This document shows, in pieces, positions 63,163 to 64,000 of a stretch of DNA of 64,000 bases (its first letter is position 1; each line of letters begins with the position of its first letter). This DNA comes from Leptogorgia sarmentosa (taxonomy: Eukaryota), in NCBI GenBank assembly GCA_964658305.1, contig OZ210885.1, positions 17,980,001 through 18,044,000 on the forward strand. Reading direction: 5' to 3'. The notes under the pieces were generated by a model that did no database searches, was not told the DNA's origin, and saw only the letters and a list, made by a program, of their open reading frames with translations. The position numbers and the translations under genes were made by a program.

Positions 63163-63834
63163 GATAATTCACCATGCAAACTTACAAGGAACTTATCAAA
63201 GTAAAATTTGTACATGTCTCATATAATATAAAGACACAGATTAACGATACATTTATTATGACTTACTTCACTAACTTCTCCAAGGGAAAGTGTCCCACTC
63301 TGCCCAACCAATGTTCTTTGTTTAGACTGCTTCTTTTCTACTTTAAAAGTAAACATTACAACATATAACTCACATGGAAAATGATAATTTATCAATAAAA
63401 GTTTTATAAATTTCTATGGTAATTCTCCACTTTCCAATGGTGTAAAATGGATTTGTGGCAATGAAAAAGGTGAAACATTTTAATTTTCCTTGCATAAAAA
63501 TACATGTAACAAACCACATAAAACATTCACCTCCTTGGGACAAATACTGTACACTCTGATTACTCTCGACCTTGACAAACAAAAACAAAGGTACTTTTCA
63601 ATTTCTACATTGTGACTATTTGTCTTGAAATCAAAATACACAAGGTTAAGGAATTTTGCTATTTTGCTAGGTTGTTAGAAATTTAAACAGTGAAACATGA
63701 GAAATTTGTAAGAAAGCCGACATAGTACAGTGGTCAAACACATGCACTTAATTTCAAAGACTGTTCTGTTTATAGTAATATTCTTGTGTGTTTTTCCCTT
63801 CATTTTCACTCTTGTTTTCATAGGGCCACATTGA

Positions 63835-63867
<33 letters not shown>

Positions 63868-64000
63868 CCCATGCTGCGTTTAATAATATCAGCTGATTTA
63901 AAGTCATTTTTAAAGACCCACATCCATATAGCTATTGAGTATTGTCATATTTAACATTGAGTCAACATTTTATATTGGGTCAACATTTACATATATTTTA

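Noticed and set aside
63841..63867. (AT)n run
   Set aside because: Ordinary microsatellite.

Overview
Eukaryotic, AT-rich genomic DNA with spliceosomal introns, probably from a marine invertebrate. A cnidarian is my guess from the transposon repertoire. I recognise no ordinary host gene, RNA gene or CRISPR array. The window is almost entirely a nested transposon pile-up, listed here left to right. (1) The end of a Kolobok element. (2) An IS3EU-like integrase facing HECT-domain fragments. (3) A fully bounded Harbinger (TAA TSD) carrying a Sola3 element (TTAA TSD, ~600-bp TIRs). (4) A second Harbinger split by a 7.8-kb AcademH-type element (9-bp TSD, RecQ remnant, ankyrin repeats spliced into the transposase core). 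(5) BEL/Pao and Gypsy LTR elements nested in one another, one with TAG..CTA termini. (6) An Academ fragment. (7) A third Harbinger-type element split by a hAT that holds a solo LTR. (8) A non-autonomous Kolobok. (9) A MULE-SWIM gene. (10) A fold-back repeat array. (11) A Zator-like two-ORF element with a PHD finger. Most copies carry stops or frameshifts. Boundaries and TSDs were read directly from the sequence. Family names come from motif recall, not database searches.
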